From the NCBI RefSeq assembly GCF_001194135.2, contig NC_068994.1, positions 59,664,148-59,696,845 of the forward strand: a DNA stretch of 32,698 nt, read 5' to 3'. The translations under genes and the position numbers were made by a program. Source of the DNA: Octopus bimaculoides (taxonomy: Eukaryota). Positions 10,538-20,747 of this stretch are shown in pieces (the stretch's first letter is position 1; each line of letters opens with the position of its first letter). Below the pieces are notes generated by a model. That model worked only from the letters and a program-made list of their open reading frames with translations, made no database searches and was not told where the DNA came from.

Positions 10538-12480
10538 TCATCATCACCATCATCATCACCATCATCATCATCATCGTCATCACTTTACATCCCTGTTCTC
10601 TGCTGGCATGGGATGGAAGGTTTGAGAGAAACCAATGTCTGCATGGACTGCACAGAACTCCAGTGTCCACTTTGGCCTGGTCTTGCTGCCTGGGTGTGCC
10701 TTCCCTACCCACAAACATGGACCTGAGTGCTTCTGTTCTGCCACCTGCACTATCGAGGTTGCCATGCTAGGAGACGAGGGAATTGCTATGAGAGAGATAG
10801 GGTCGAGTTGGTTCCTGCAGGGGGGGGGGGATTTGCNNNNNNNNNNNNNNNNNNNNNNNNNNNNNNNNNNNNNNNNNNNNNNNNNNNNNNNNNNNNNNNN
10901 NNNNNNNNNNNNNNNNNNNNNNNNNNNNNNNNNNNNNNNNNNNNNNNNNNNNNNNNNNNNNNNNNNNNNNNNNNNNNNNNNNNNNNNNNNNNNNNNNNNN
11001 NNNNNNNNNNNNNNNNNNNNNNNNNNNNNNNNNNNNNNNNNNNNNNNNNNNNNNNNNNNNNNNNNNNNNNNNNNNNNNNNNNNNNNNNNNNNNNNNNNNN
11101 NNNNNNNNNNNNNNNNNNNNNNNNNNNNNNNNNNNNNNNNNNNNNNNNNNNNNNNNNNNNNNNNNNNNNNNNNNNNNNNNNNNNNNNNNNNNNNNNNNNN
11201 NNNNNNNNNNNNNNNNNNNNNNNNNNNNNNNNNNNNNNNNNNNNNNNNNNNNNNNNNNNNNNNNNNNNNNNNNNNNNNNNNNNNNNNNNNNNNNNNNNNN
11301 NNNNNNNNNNNNNNNNNNNNNNNNNTGAGCTAAAAGAGGGATGCAGAAGAGTAGGGTGCAGCATGCAACAGAAGTAGTAAAGAGGATACAATTGCTGATG
11401 GCAGGAGGGAAAGAGAGGGAGGGGGAAGAGGTAGGAAGTGGACATGTGGCGGTGGTGGGGGGTGAGTCATTGTAACAGGTGGACAACCCAAAATCTAGGG
11501 CTGAGGAAGAGATTCTGGTCCTTTGTCATATCATCCATCAGCCTTAAGGTCCTGAGGTCAACTTTCACCACTTCATCCCATATCTTCCTAGGTCTTCCTC
11601 TTTTGCTGGCTCCAGCCACATTAAGTGAATGGCACTTCTTTATACAGCTGTTCCCATTCATCACATGGCCTGTTCATCATATGGCCCATGCATCATATGG
11701 CCCATGCACCACATGGCCCATGCATCACATGGCCCATACCATCTCGGTCTTCTTTCTTGGATACAACATCTGATTCCTCTTATGCCCAGTTTCTCACTCA
11801 GCATCTTTGTACAAATTCTTTCACCCCCCACACACACATTGTGCATCCAAAGGGTCGTGCTGGCCACATTTCTTTCCAGTTTTCTCAAGTCCTCCATATT
11901 CAAGTTCCACATCTTTCAACCATGCAGCATTGCAGTTCTAACACAAGCATCTTACAATCAGCCCTTCAATCTTAGGGGAAAAGACCTTTGATGTCAGCAA
12001 TGGCAGCAGCTCACAGAACTTTCTCCAGCCAGTTCTTACTCTGGCAACGATACTTTCAGAGCAATCACTTCCATTGCTAATTACAGCTCTTAGGTAACAA
12101 AAGCTATCAAATACTTCTAATGAGTTACCTGGCCATTTAAGAGACTCAGTGTCGGGCTTGTTTATATGAACTGCTTCACGACATCTACTGCATATGAGGC
12201 TTACATTTTCAGATCGTCTGCCAGTGATTCCACTGTCCCTTGGATATCCATAGCGCTTATGTTGAGTGCAAAATATTGAGTTTATATCTACCACTTTTCT
12301 ACATAGTGAGTAAGGTCATTTCCCTGAAGGTAACAGGGTCCTGTTGCCTTTCCTACTTACTAAAACTCCTGTCTTTGACAGGTTAACCTTAAGGCCTCTC
12401 AATTCCAGGTGTAGCTTCCATGCCTAGAATTTCTTCTCTGATTCCCCAATAGAATCAGCTCTGATTATCAGCATATGGAA
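10538..12480 (-). mobile_element. 5'-truncated, frameshifted RTE-clade non-LTR retrotransposon (RT C-terminal region, 3' UTR and (GAT)n tail), interrupted by an N gap
   Basis: Minus-strand peptides GLKVNLSKT, LEVFDSFCYLRAVIS...SESIVARVRTGWRKFCELLPLL, EDLRKLERN...EKLGIRGIRCCIQERRPRWYG and GRPRKIWDEVVKVDL are typical of the RTE RT C-terminus. A (CAT)n run at 10538-10580 is the tail on the element strand. Confidence 0.9.
11665..11740. repeat. 16-bp tandem repeat (about 4.75 units) inside the RTE
   Basis: Units atggcccatgcatcac/t start at 11665, 11681, 11697, 11713 and 11729. Confidence 0.9.
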
Positions 12481-12799
12481 AAAAGATGCGGTGAAAATGG
12501 CTCTCCAAATGGTGGATCTTAGAGAAGAATGGACAAATACTACAACATGGGGAGAGAAGACACGCCGAACCCATGCAAGATATGTCAAAATCAAATTTAG
12601 CTTCCGAGTTATGTCCCTTGAAGCTATGAGTTTACGATGAGTTATTTCCCTTACATCAAATTTTTATCTTTTCCTTCCCCTGTGAAAACCATTCTTTCAC
12701 ATATTGCTATTCATTTCCCCCATCTATGTAAATATAGCTTATCTAGAGACATGCATAGACGTATATTTTGTCTTAAACAAATATTTACATACCTTTCAA

Positions 12800-12911
12800 C
12801 TCAATGTTGGCACAAAGCTACAAGTTGGTGGAGCGACTCGAATCGATTCCATCATGATCAGAGGTATTTATTATCGGCGGAAGGACGAAAGGCGAAGTTG
12901 GTCTACCTTCG
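12800..12911 (-). mobile_element. Degenerate SINE 3' half (family of 15925-16184)
   Basis: Reverse complement aacttcgcctttcgtccttccgccgataataaatacc aligns with aattttgcctttcatccttttggggtcaataaaatatgtacc near 16021-16062. Confidence 0.55.
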
Positions 12912-13399
12912 AGGAAAAAGCAAATAATAATTTTGGAGGACAACACTACAGCCACTCCAACACTACTACTGTTACCTCTACCAACACTACTATCGCATCT
13001 AACGTCAATGCTACTACCATCCCACCATTAAGGCAACTACCACTATGTACCAATATCAAGGATACATACCCAAGACCCTATCCCAACTAGCAAGACAACC
13101 CTTCCATGAACAACACCATTGCCTCTAGAAGAAATGATCTGAACACTTTTATTACCACTGCAGCTAAAAAGAACTGTATCCCCACCACAAACACTTCTAC
13201 CACCACTGCCAGTAATGCTGCTACCCACCCACCTACCTACCCAAAACTCACCCACCAAGGGAGTCTGAAAGACTGAGGTTGGAATGACGCTACAAGTCGT
13301 CCCCACTTTGTGAGCTGAAAAGGAGGGTGATGCTGTCCCCCTCGGAACACTCCATTTCTATCATTGTCCCCCCACTTCCCTCATTGAAACAGTTAAACG

Positions 13400-13885
13400 T
13401 TTTTCACATGTCACCGGCACAAGTGCCAGTAAGGCGATGCTGGTAACGATCATGCTCGAATGGTGCTCTTTATGTGCCACCGGCATGGGAGCCAGTCAGT
13501 GGTCCTGGCAACAATCACCCTCAGGCGGTGCTATTAACGTCCCACTGGCACAGGTGCCAGTCAGGCCACGTCAGCAAATTTGATTTTGATTGTGATTTCA
13601 CTTGCCTCAACAGGTCTTTGCAAGCAACACATAAGTAGGCTGGTTACACTGCTGGCATAGGCCATGGGTTATGGTCTTACTTGGCTTGCCGTGTCTTCTC
13701 AAGCACAGCATATTTCCAAAGGTCTCAGTCCCTAGTCATTGCCTCGGTGAGGCTTAATGTTCGAAGGTCGTGCTTCACCACCTCATCCCAGGTCTTCCAG
13801 GTCTACCTCTTCCACAGTTTCCCTCGACCACTAAGGTGTGACACTTTTTCACACAGCTATCCTCATCCATTCTCACCACATGGAG
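13400..13885 (-). mobile_element. RTE-clade LINE 3' end (second subfamily)
   Basis: The minus strand encodes HVVRMDEDSCVKKCHTLVVEGNCGRGRP / KTWDEVVKHDLRTLSLTEAMTRD*DLWKYAVLEKTRQAK*, followed by a UTR with repeated gtgccagt/actggcac motifs. Confidence 0.85.
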
Positions 13886-14368
13886 TTAAATTGGAAGACC
13901 TTTCCCTGCAGAATGGAGTGATGAATAACTCAGCTCGTTTTGTTGGTCACAACCAGCCCCTCAGGGGCATTTAGTTTAGGTCATGTAATTTTCAAGGAGA
14001 GAGGAGAGAGAGGATAGATAGAGAGAGTAGGAGGGAACAAGAAAAAGAGATAGACAGAGTAGGAACAGTGCTTACAACTACCTGGGAAATCGACACGGAA
14101 TAACAGACACTGCTTTTGTTCATTTGTATATCAGGACATTTGTTAGAATCATGAATTGATCATATCCCCCTCTCACTCTTAATATATGTATGTGTTTGTG
14201 TCTGTGTGTGTATCTACGTATGTATATATGTGCCCATGTACAGATGTGTGTGTGTGTGTTTATGAATACATACACACACACTACTATCACCCACCTAACC
14301 ATCATTGAAACAGTGCAACCTTTGAAGTTAAGTGACTCGTTATAATTTGCTGCCACAGTGTGCCACAG

Positions 14369-14446
14369 TAATGTCGCATGCTGTAACAAATAGAAACTAT
14401 GCAAGATGTTATGCATTGCAGACAGCAATGTGCAATATATGCACAG
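14369..14446 (+). CDS. Candidate 78-nt symmetric (phase 1-1) exon
   Basis: Tandem acceptors tgccacag|tg and tgccacag|ta (AG at 14357-58 and 14367-68), one open frame (MSHAVTNRNYARCYALQTAMCNICT) and a consensus donor CAG|GTGAGT at 14447. Confidence 0.2.
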
Positions 14447-14608
14447 GTGAGTGAACCTGTGCACTATGGCTGTCCTCTTTTTTACTGCATCATTCAACAA
14501 CTGAATAAAGAATCCTTTTTGTGGATACTCGATCTGCTAGAAACAGCAGCCAAATCTTCATCAATTCACATCTTCCTGTCTTAAGACACGGATGATTACA
14601 ATGATATT

Positions 14609-14675
<67 letters not shown>

Positions 14676-14683
14676 ATATATAT

Positions 14684-14740
14684 GCAGGTGTAGTTGTGTG
14701 GTAAGAAGTTTGCTTCCCAACCCTATGGTTCTGGATTCAG
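14684..14740 (+). mobile_element. tRNA-derived SINE head, truncated by N gap
   Basis: gcaggtgtagttgtgtggtaagaagtttgcttcccaaccctatggttctggattcag matches the head of the 16369-16870 copy. Confidence 0.8.
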
Positions 14741-15449
14741 NNNNNNNNNNNNNNNNNNNNNNNNNNNNNNNNNNNNNNNNNNNNNNNNNNNNNNNNNNNN
14801 NNNNNNNNNNNNNNNNNNNNNNNNNNNNNNNNNNNNNNNNNNNNNNNNNNNNNNNNNNNNNNNNNNNNNNNNNNNNNNNNNNNNNNNNNNNNNNNNNNNN
14901 NNNNNNNNNNNNNNNNNNNNNNNNNNNNNNNNNNNNNNNNNNNNNNNNNNNNNNNNNNNNNNNNNNNNNNNNNNNNNNNNNNNNNNNNNNNNNNNNNNNN
15001 NNNNNNNNNNNNNNNNNNNNNNNNNNNNNNNNNNNNNNNNNNNNNNNNNNNNNNNNNNNNNNNNNNNNNNNNNNNNNNNNNNNNNNNNNNNNNNNNNNNN
15101 NNNNNNNNNNNNNNNNNNNNNNNNNNNNNNNNNNNNNNNNNNTTTCAATAGTTAATTAAACCTAATCAGTGTGAATCTGTAATTAGATGATAATTGACAG
15201 GTTGATACAAACAAGTCAAACAAACAGTGCCATTGAGAAACATTAAGGGTTTAAAGTGAAACAATCAAAGAGACAATGTTCTTAGAAGAAAGCTGTCCTT
15301 CAGAAGACCATTGTTGGAAATATAATGGAACCAAGTCAAGAGTAAGCTGCAATAGTACAGCATCTTGGAGTGCCAAAACATATTTTATTTGGGCATCGTG
15401 TCTCTGGGGGAATGTATGAGGAATGCATGTGACAACTTGACAATAACTT

Positions 15450-15518
15450 GGTTCTTATTTTATTGATCTGCAGAACGATGAGGGACAAAGTTCATCTTGA
15501 CAAGATTTCAACTCAGAA
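15450..15518 (-). mobile_element. SINE internal fragment (family of 15925-16184)
   Basis: Reverse complement ttctgagttgaaatc...ctcatcgttctgcagatcaataaaataagaacc aligns by eye at roughly 70 percent with 15995-16062. Confidence 0.6.
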
Positions 15519-15524
15519 AATCAT

Positions 15525-15725
15525 GCTCGTTTGATGTTTGTTTTCCATTGTGGTATGAGTTGGATGGTTGAACTGGAACTGGAAAGGCTGTTTGGGCTTG
15601 GTTTCTACAGCTGGATGCCCTTCCTAACATGCCAGCCACTTTACAGAGTGGACTGGGTGCCTTTTTTTACATGACCTCAGCATTGGTACTTTTTATGCAA
15701 CACCATCATTGACAAAGTCACCAAA
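15525..15725 (-). mobile_element. RTE-type LINE 3' UTR fragment
   Basis: ggtttctacagctggatgcccttcctaac...ccactttacagagtggactgggtgcc is shared with 30820-30880. Confidence 0.7.
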
Positions 15726-15840
15726 TATCCTGCAGGGAATGTGTAAAATATTATATTCTTCAATATTGAAAGATAGAATTAAGTTTATATTGTAACGAAT
15801 GCAAAGAGATTTATTTAAAAAGCAGATTTTGTTTTTGTCA

Positions 15841-15843
<3 letters not shown>

Positions 15844-15924
<81 letters not shown>
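15844..15924. repeat. (AAT)27 microsatellite
   Basis: Perfect trinucleotide run. Confidence 0.98.
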
Positions 15925-15926
<2 letters not shown>

Positions 15927-16139
15927 GGTGGCAAGCTTGCAGAATCATTACTGTGCCGCACAAAATATTTAGCAGCATTTCTTCCAAATTTACGTTCTGA
16001 GTTCAAATGCTGTTGGGGTCAATTTTGCCTTTCATCCTTTTGGGGTCAATAAAATATGTACCAGTTGAACATTCAAGTTCATGTAAACGACTCACCCCTT
16101 CCCCCAAAATTTCTGGTCTCATGACAAAATTTGAAGCCC

Positions 16140-16184
<45 letters not shown>
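15925..16184 (+). mobile_element. Near full-length tRNA-derived SINE with (TTA)n tail
   Basis: A-box-like ggtggcaagcttgcagaatc, B-box-like ttctgagttcaaat, body tttgcctttcatccttttggggtcaataaa, tail (TTA)15 at 16140-16184. Several related copies occur in the window. Confidence 0.8.
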
Positions 16185-16187
<3 letters not shown>

Positions 16188-16368
16188 ATAGAAAGGATTG
16201 AGGTAACTCCTCCTGTAGATATAGAGTCAAAATTAAAAGAAGAGTGCCATTTGTTATCTTGGGAACAATATTTCGACATCTCGCGTGTCTTCTACTGGTT
16301 CGAAAAATAAATTTGTCAATCTACTTCATTTTGGTTAATATAGGAAGGATTGAAGTAACTCCTCCTTT

Positions 16369-16870
16369 TTATTATTATTATTATTATCATCATTATTGAG
16401 TGAGAGAGCAGTGCATGCCATCAAAGTGACACTGGGGTACAAATATACAAAGCCCCATATACCCATCATGACTACCCTTCTGATAAGGGTACACCAGGCA
16501 CATGCATCACAACCATATGTGTGCAACATGGTGATCTCATATCAAGATAAACAGCGCATGACCTTGCAGGTGGGGCCCAGTTAGGATTTTCTTCAGGTCA
16601 AGTAGCCCATCCCTGAATAAGGGTTGCTTAAGGATGTTGAATGAAACACCCATGTTTCTAAAGGTAAATCTTCCAAACCCCAGAAAATTCCTCTCAGCAC
16701 ATGGCTATGATGCTCCCCCACTACTTCTGCTCATGATCAGAGATACACATATTGTCAGCCAGTAAGGGACAACTGACAAGCACTTACCCAAAGTGTCGCC
16801 CAGTGGGACAGAACCCAGAACCATGTGGTTGGTGAGCAAGCTACTTACCACACAGCCACTCCTGCACCTA
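16369..16870 (-). mobile_element. Full-length (about 500 bp) tRNA-derived SINE, second family, with (AAT)n tail
   Basis: The minus strand starts ggtgcaggagtggctgtgtggtaagtagcttgctcaccaaccacatggttctgggttctgtccc (Pol III A box TGGCTGTGTGG, B-box-like GGTTCTGTCC) and ends in aataatgatgataataataat. The head is shared with 14684. Confidence 0.85.
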
Positions 16871-16889
16871 TAAATTATGAGAAGAGGGA

Positions 16890-16940
<51 letters not shown>

Positions 16941-17025
16941 TGTGTGTATGTGTGTACTGTATATATGAATATCTATATATGCATATGTAATATGTGTATA
17001 TATATATATATGTATATTTGCGTAC

Positions 17026-17056
<31 letters not shown>

Positions 17057-17909
17057 NNNNNNNNNNNNNNNNNNNNNNNNNNNNNNNNNNNNNNNNNNNN
17101 NNNNNNNNNNNNNNNNNNNNNNNNNNNNNNNNNNNNNNNNNNNNNNNNNNNNNNNNNNNNNNNNNNNNNNNNNNNNNNNNNNNNNNNNNNNNNNNNNNNN
17201 NNNNNNNNNNNNNNNNNNNNNNNNNNNNNNNNNNNNNNNNNNNNNNNNNNNNNNNNNNNNNNNNNNNNNNNNNNNNNNNNNNNNNNNNNNNNNNNNNNNN
17301 NNNNNNNNNNNNNNNNNNNNNNNNNNNNNNNNNNNNNNNNNNNNNNNNNNNNNNNNNNNNNNNNNNNNNNNNNNNNNNNNNNNNNNNNNNNNNNNNNNNN
17401 NNNNNNNNNNNNNNNNNNNNNNNNNNNNNNNNNNNNNNNNNNNNNNNNNNNNNNNNNNNNNNNNNNNNNNNNNNNNNNNNNNNNNNNNNNNNNNNNNNNN
17501 NNNNNNNNNNNNNNNNNNNNNNNNNNNNNNNNNNNNNNNNNNNNNNNNNNNNNNNNNNNNNNNNNNNNNNNNNNNNNNNNNNNNNNNNNNNNNNNNNNNN
17601 NNNNNNNNNNNNNNNNNNNNNNNNNNNNNNNNNNNNNNNNNNNNNNNNNNNNNNNNNNNNNNNNNNNNNNNNNNNNNNNNNNNNNNNNNNNNNNNNNNNN
17701 NNNNNNNNNNNNNNNNNNNNNNNNNNNNNNNNNNNNNNNNNNNNNNNNNNNNNNNNNNNNNNNNNNNNNNNNNNNNNNNNNNNNNNNNNNNNNNNNNNNN
17801 NNNNNNNNNNNNNNNNNNNNNNNNNNNNNNNNNNNNNNNNNNNNNNNNNNNNNNNNNNNNNNNNNNNNNNNNNNNNNNNNNNNNNNNNNNNNNNNNNNNN
17901 NNNNNNNNN

Positions 17910-17952
<43 letters not shown>

Positions 17953-19003
17953 CTGTGTACACACACATATTATACAGTGCCACTGTTTATGGCTATCAAC
18001 ACTTATGGCTGATGTAAGAATGCTAAATACGATAGCGTTGCATATGTAATAAGCTGTGTTGCAAAACTTCATTTAGCTGTTCTTGCAATGAGATGACAAA
18101 AACTCCCCTGAGGTGTTTAAAATATTTTAAAAGAAGCAAGGGACATAACTCCGATGATATCAGTTGAAATTGTTTTTTTAATGCGAGCGCGTGCGACCTT
18201 AGGTTTGAGCGTATGTGTGTGTGTACGTTCGTGTACAGAGACGTAGCAGTATATGTGAGTGTGTGTAATTTGTTGATGCGACTAGAGGTGTGCTTTCGTA
18301 AACCTGCATCTAGGGTGGCGGATATGATCGCACCTTCCTAAATATCAATATTTTAACGAGTTTGTTTATGAAGACAAAAGTATTTGCAAATATTATATGA
18401 ATGTGTTTGTGTGTGTGTGTGCGCGTGTGTATTTGCTTACTACGTACGCACTGAAACCGTATCTTTGAGTAATGTGTGTACTTTGCAAGCGCTCACTAAG
18501 GGGCATATGTGCGTATAGAGGGATGCAATGTGTGTGTATATGTGTATGCATGTTTTAGTAGAGGAATAAGCATGCTTTGTGTGTGTGTGTGTGTGTGTAT
18601 GCATGCGTGTGTCTGTGTGGGGATCGTATATATGAATATGTAGATGAGTATATGTTTACGAATGTGTATCTCTATGAATGTTCATAGCAGCATGTGTCAC
18701 GTGTGTATACGTTTGTGCGAAACATGTGGCAATGATTGTATTCGAACCATTTCCATCATGTCCCGCTGCCACATGTGGTTTAGAGGGCTGAAAAACAGAA
18801 AGTGAAAGTAGCTTTCAGGGGAGGCAACTAATATTGGATTCATTCGTGAGACGCTTCAGGAAAGCATCTCCCTGTCCCCTCTTCACTCATTGTCGCCGCC
18901 GCTTTATTGTACATTACCAAACGCGGTTTATACACACACGTGTACATACTCCGACGCCCCACACATAAACAAGTATATAAATATCTATCTATTTATCTAT
19001 CTA

Positions 19004-19005
<2 letters not shown>

Positions 19006-19085
<80 letters not shown>
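19006..19085. repeat. (TA)40 microsatellite
   Basis: Perfect dinucleotide run; representative of dozens of AT/GT/GA/ATCT microsatellites that flank most gaps. Confidence 0.98.
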
Positions 19086-19086
<1 letters not shown>

Positions 19087-20101
19087 GCACACACACGAAC
19101 ACACACTCAGTAATATTTGCGTCTTCACGTGTATACACATACATGTATGTATGTATACACATACATATGCACGTGTTTATGCGTTGAACCACCCCCACAT
19201 AATAATAAGTGGAAGTGAAGGGTGAGGAGTGAGTGGACTGCAAAGGAATGGGTGCCAGGCTGCAACGTAAGACTTACAATTGCAGCAGCAGCAGCAGCAA
19301 CTGCAGCAGTAGCTCTAGTAGCAGTAGTAGCGATAGTAGTATTACTGTAACGCTCAACAGTAAACTAAGATGGGAGAGAGGTTGGCGGGCCGATGATAGC
19401 TGGAACCGTGTCTTAGTAGACGACACACTTTATCTACAACAAACACAAACACTTTCGTTTTCGTTTCTTTCTTCTCTCCCTCTCTATATTATTCCTCTCG
19501 TCACCCCTTCATTATCTCCCTCTCTCTCCTCCCCTTCAATCACTACTTCTACTCCTCTCTTTCTTTATCCATCTTCCCTTTCCTCATTGATTTCGTAATT
19601 CTCCTCCTCCTCTTTCATAGACCTTTACCTCCCCCTCCTTACTTTCACTTTCCTTCCTCCTCCTCCTCTCGCAAACATCTCGCTCCGTTTCGCCACATCG
19701 CCCAATGTGTATATATACACCACACTTCCATACATTCCCATACACGCATATACCTCTCCTACCCGACTAATTACTGCTATCTCACCGTCTCCAACTGGTA
19801 TCTTTTTACATCCACTCCAGTCCCTTCTTTGGTATCCTCCTCCTCCCCCTCCGCTTCCTCCAAGCACCACGCCACCACTACTACTTCACCGCCATCTCAG
19901 GTTCTAACAACAGGCGGAACACAAACGTACAACAGGTAGTGGTGGTGATGGTGTCTGGACGTCTTTACATGGTCCAAGCTCGCTGGAAGGATATGTGATA
20001 TAATGTTTGTTAGATGATTTAAAGGTAAGTCACCAACTCACAACTGTATGCAAGCAAAAAACAATTCTCTCGTCACAAATATTTCAGTTTTTTGTCCACT
20101 C

Positions 20102-20141
<40 letters not shown>

Positions 20142-20715
20142 ATGTCCGTCTATCTATCTATCTACCTACCTACCTGTCTGTCTGTCTGTCTATCTATCTA
20201 TCACTGCTTGTATGTATATGTGTATATATNNNNNNNNNNNNNNNNNNNNNNNNNNNNNNNNNNNNNNNNNNNNNNNNNNNNNNNNNNNNNNNNNNNNNNN
20301 NNNNNNNNNNNNNNNNNNNNNNNNNNNNNNNNNNNNNNNNNNNNNATATATATATATATATATATATATATAATTGTGAATATGGTTGTTGTTTTTCCCT
20401 CTGGTTGTTTCTATAGCTCTCCAGCCATATGTGTCTGTCTCATCTATTTACCCCTTCTGCATCCCCAAAATATCTTTCACTCTACCAGTTTCTGCGTCTA
20501 CCTGTCTGTCTATCTGTCAGTCTTATACGTATGTGTCTATCTATTTGGTTGTATGGCTTTCCACACACACACACATGCACGCGTCTCTCTCTCTGCCTTT
20601 CAAGTTATTAGTTTAACTGTCTCTGGTCTTCCTTGCCTTCTGCTTTATCTCGAGCTTCGTTTTGGTCAGAGAGAATTGAATTGACTGTTCTAATGAGTAT
20701 TGTCATTATACAGGC

Positions 20716-20747
<32 letters not shown>

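Noticed and set aside
10237-10770. 177-aa ORF
   Set aside because: Made of LINE 3' UTR sequence and a (CAT)n tail; no protein-like features.
3964-11740. Short direct-repeat arrays (40-bp at 3964, 16-bp at 11665) as CRISPR-like arrays
   Set aside because: Units are contiguous with no unique spacers, in a eukaryotic context.
14684-16870. tRNA-like heads as genuine tRNA genes
   Set aside because: No complete cloverleaf; the heads continue into repeat bodies and simple-repeat tails, so they are SINEs.
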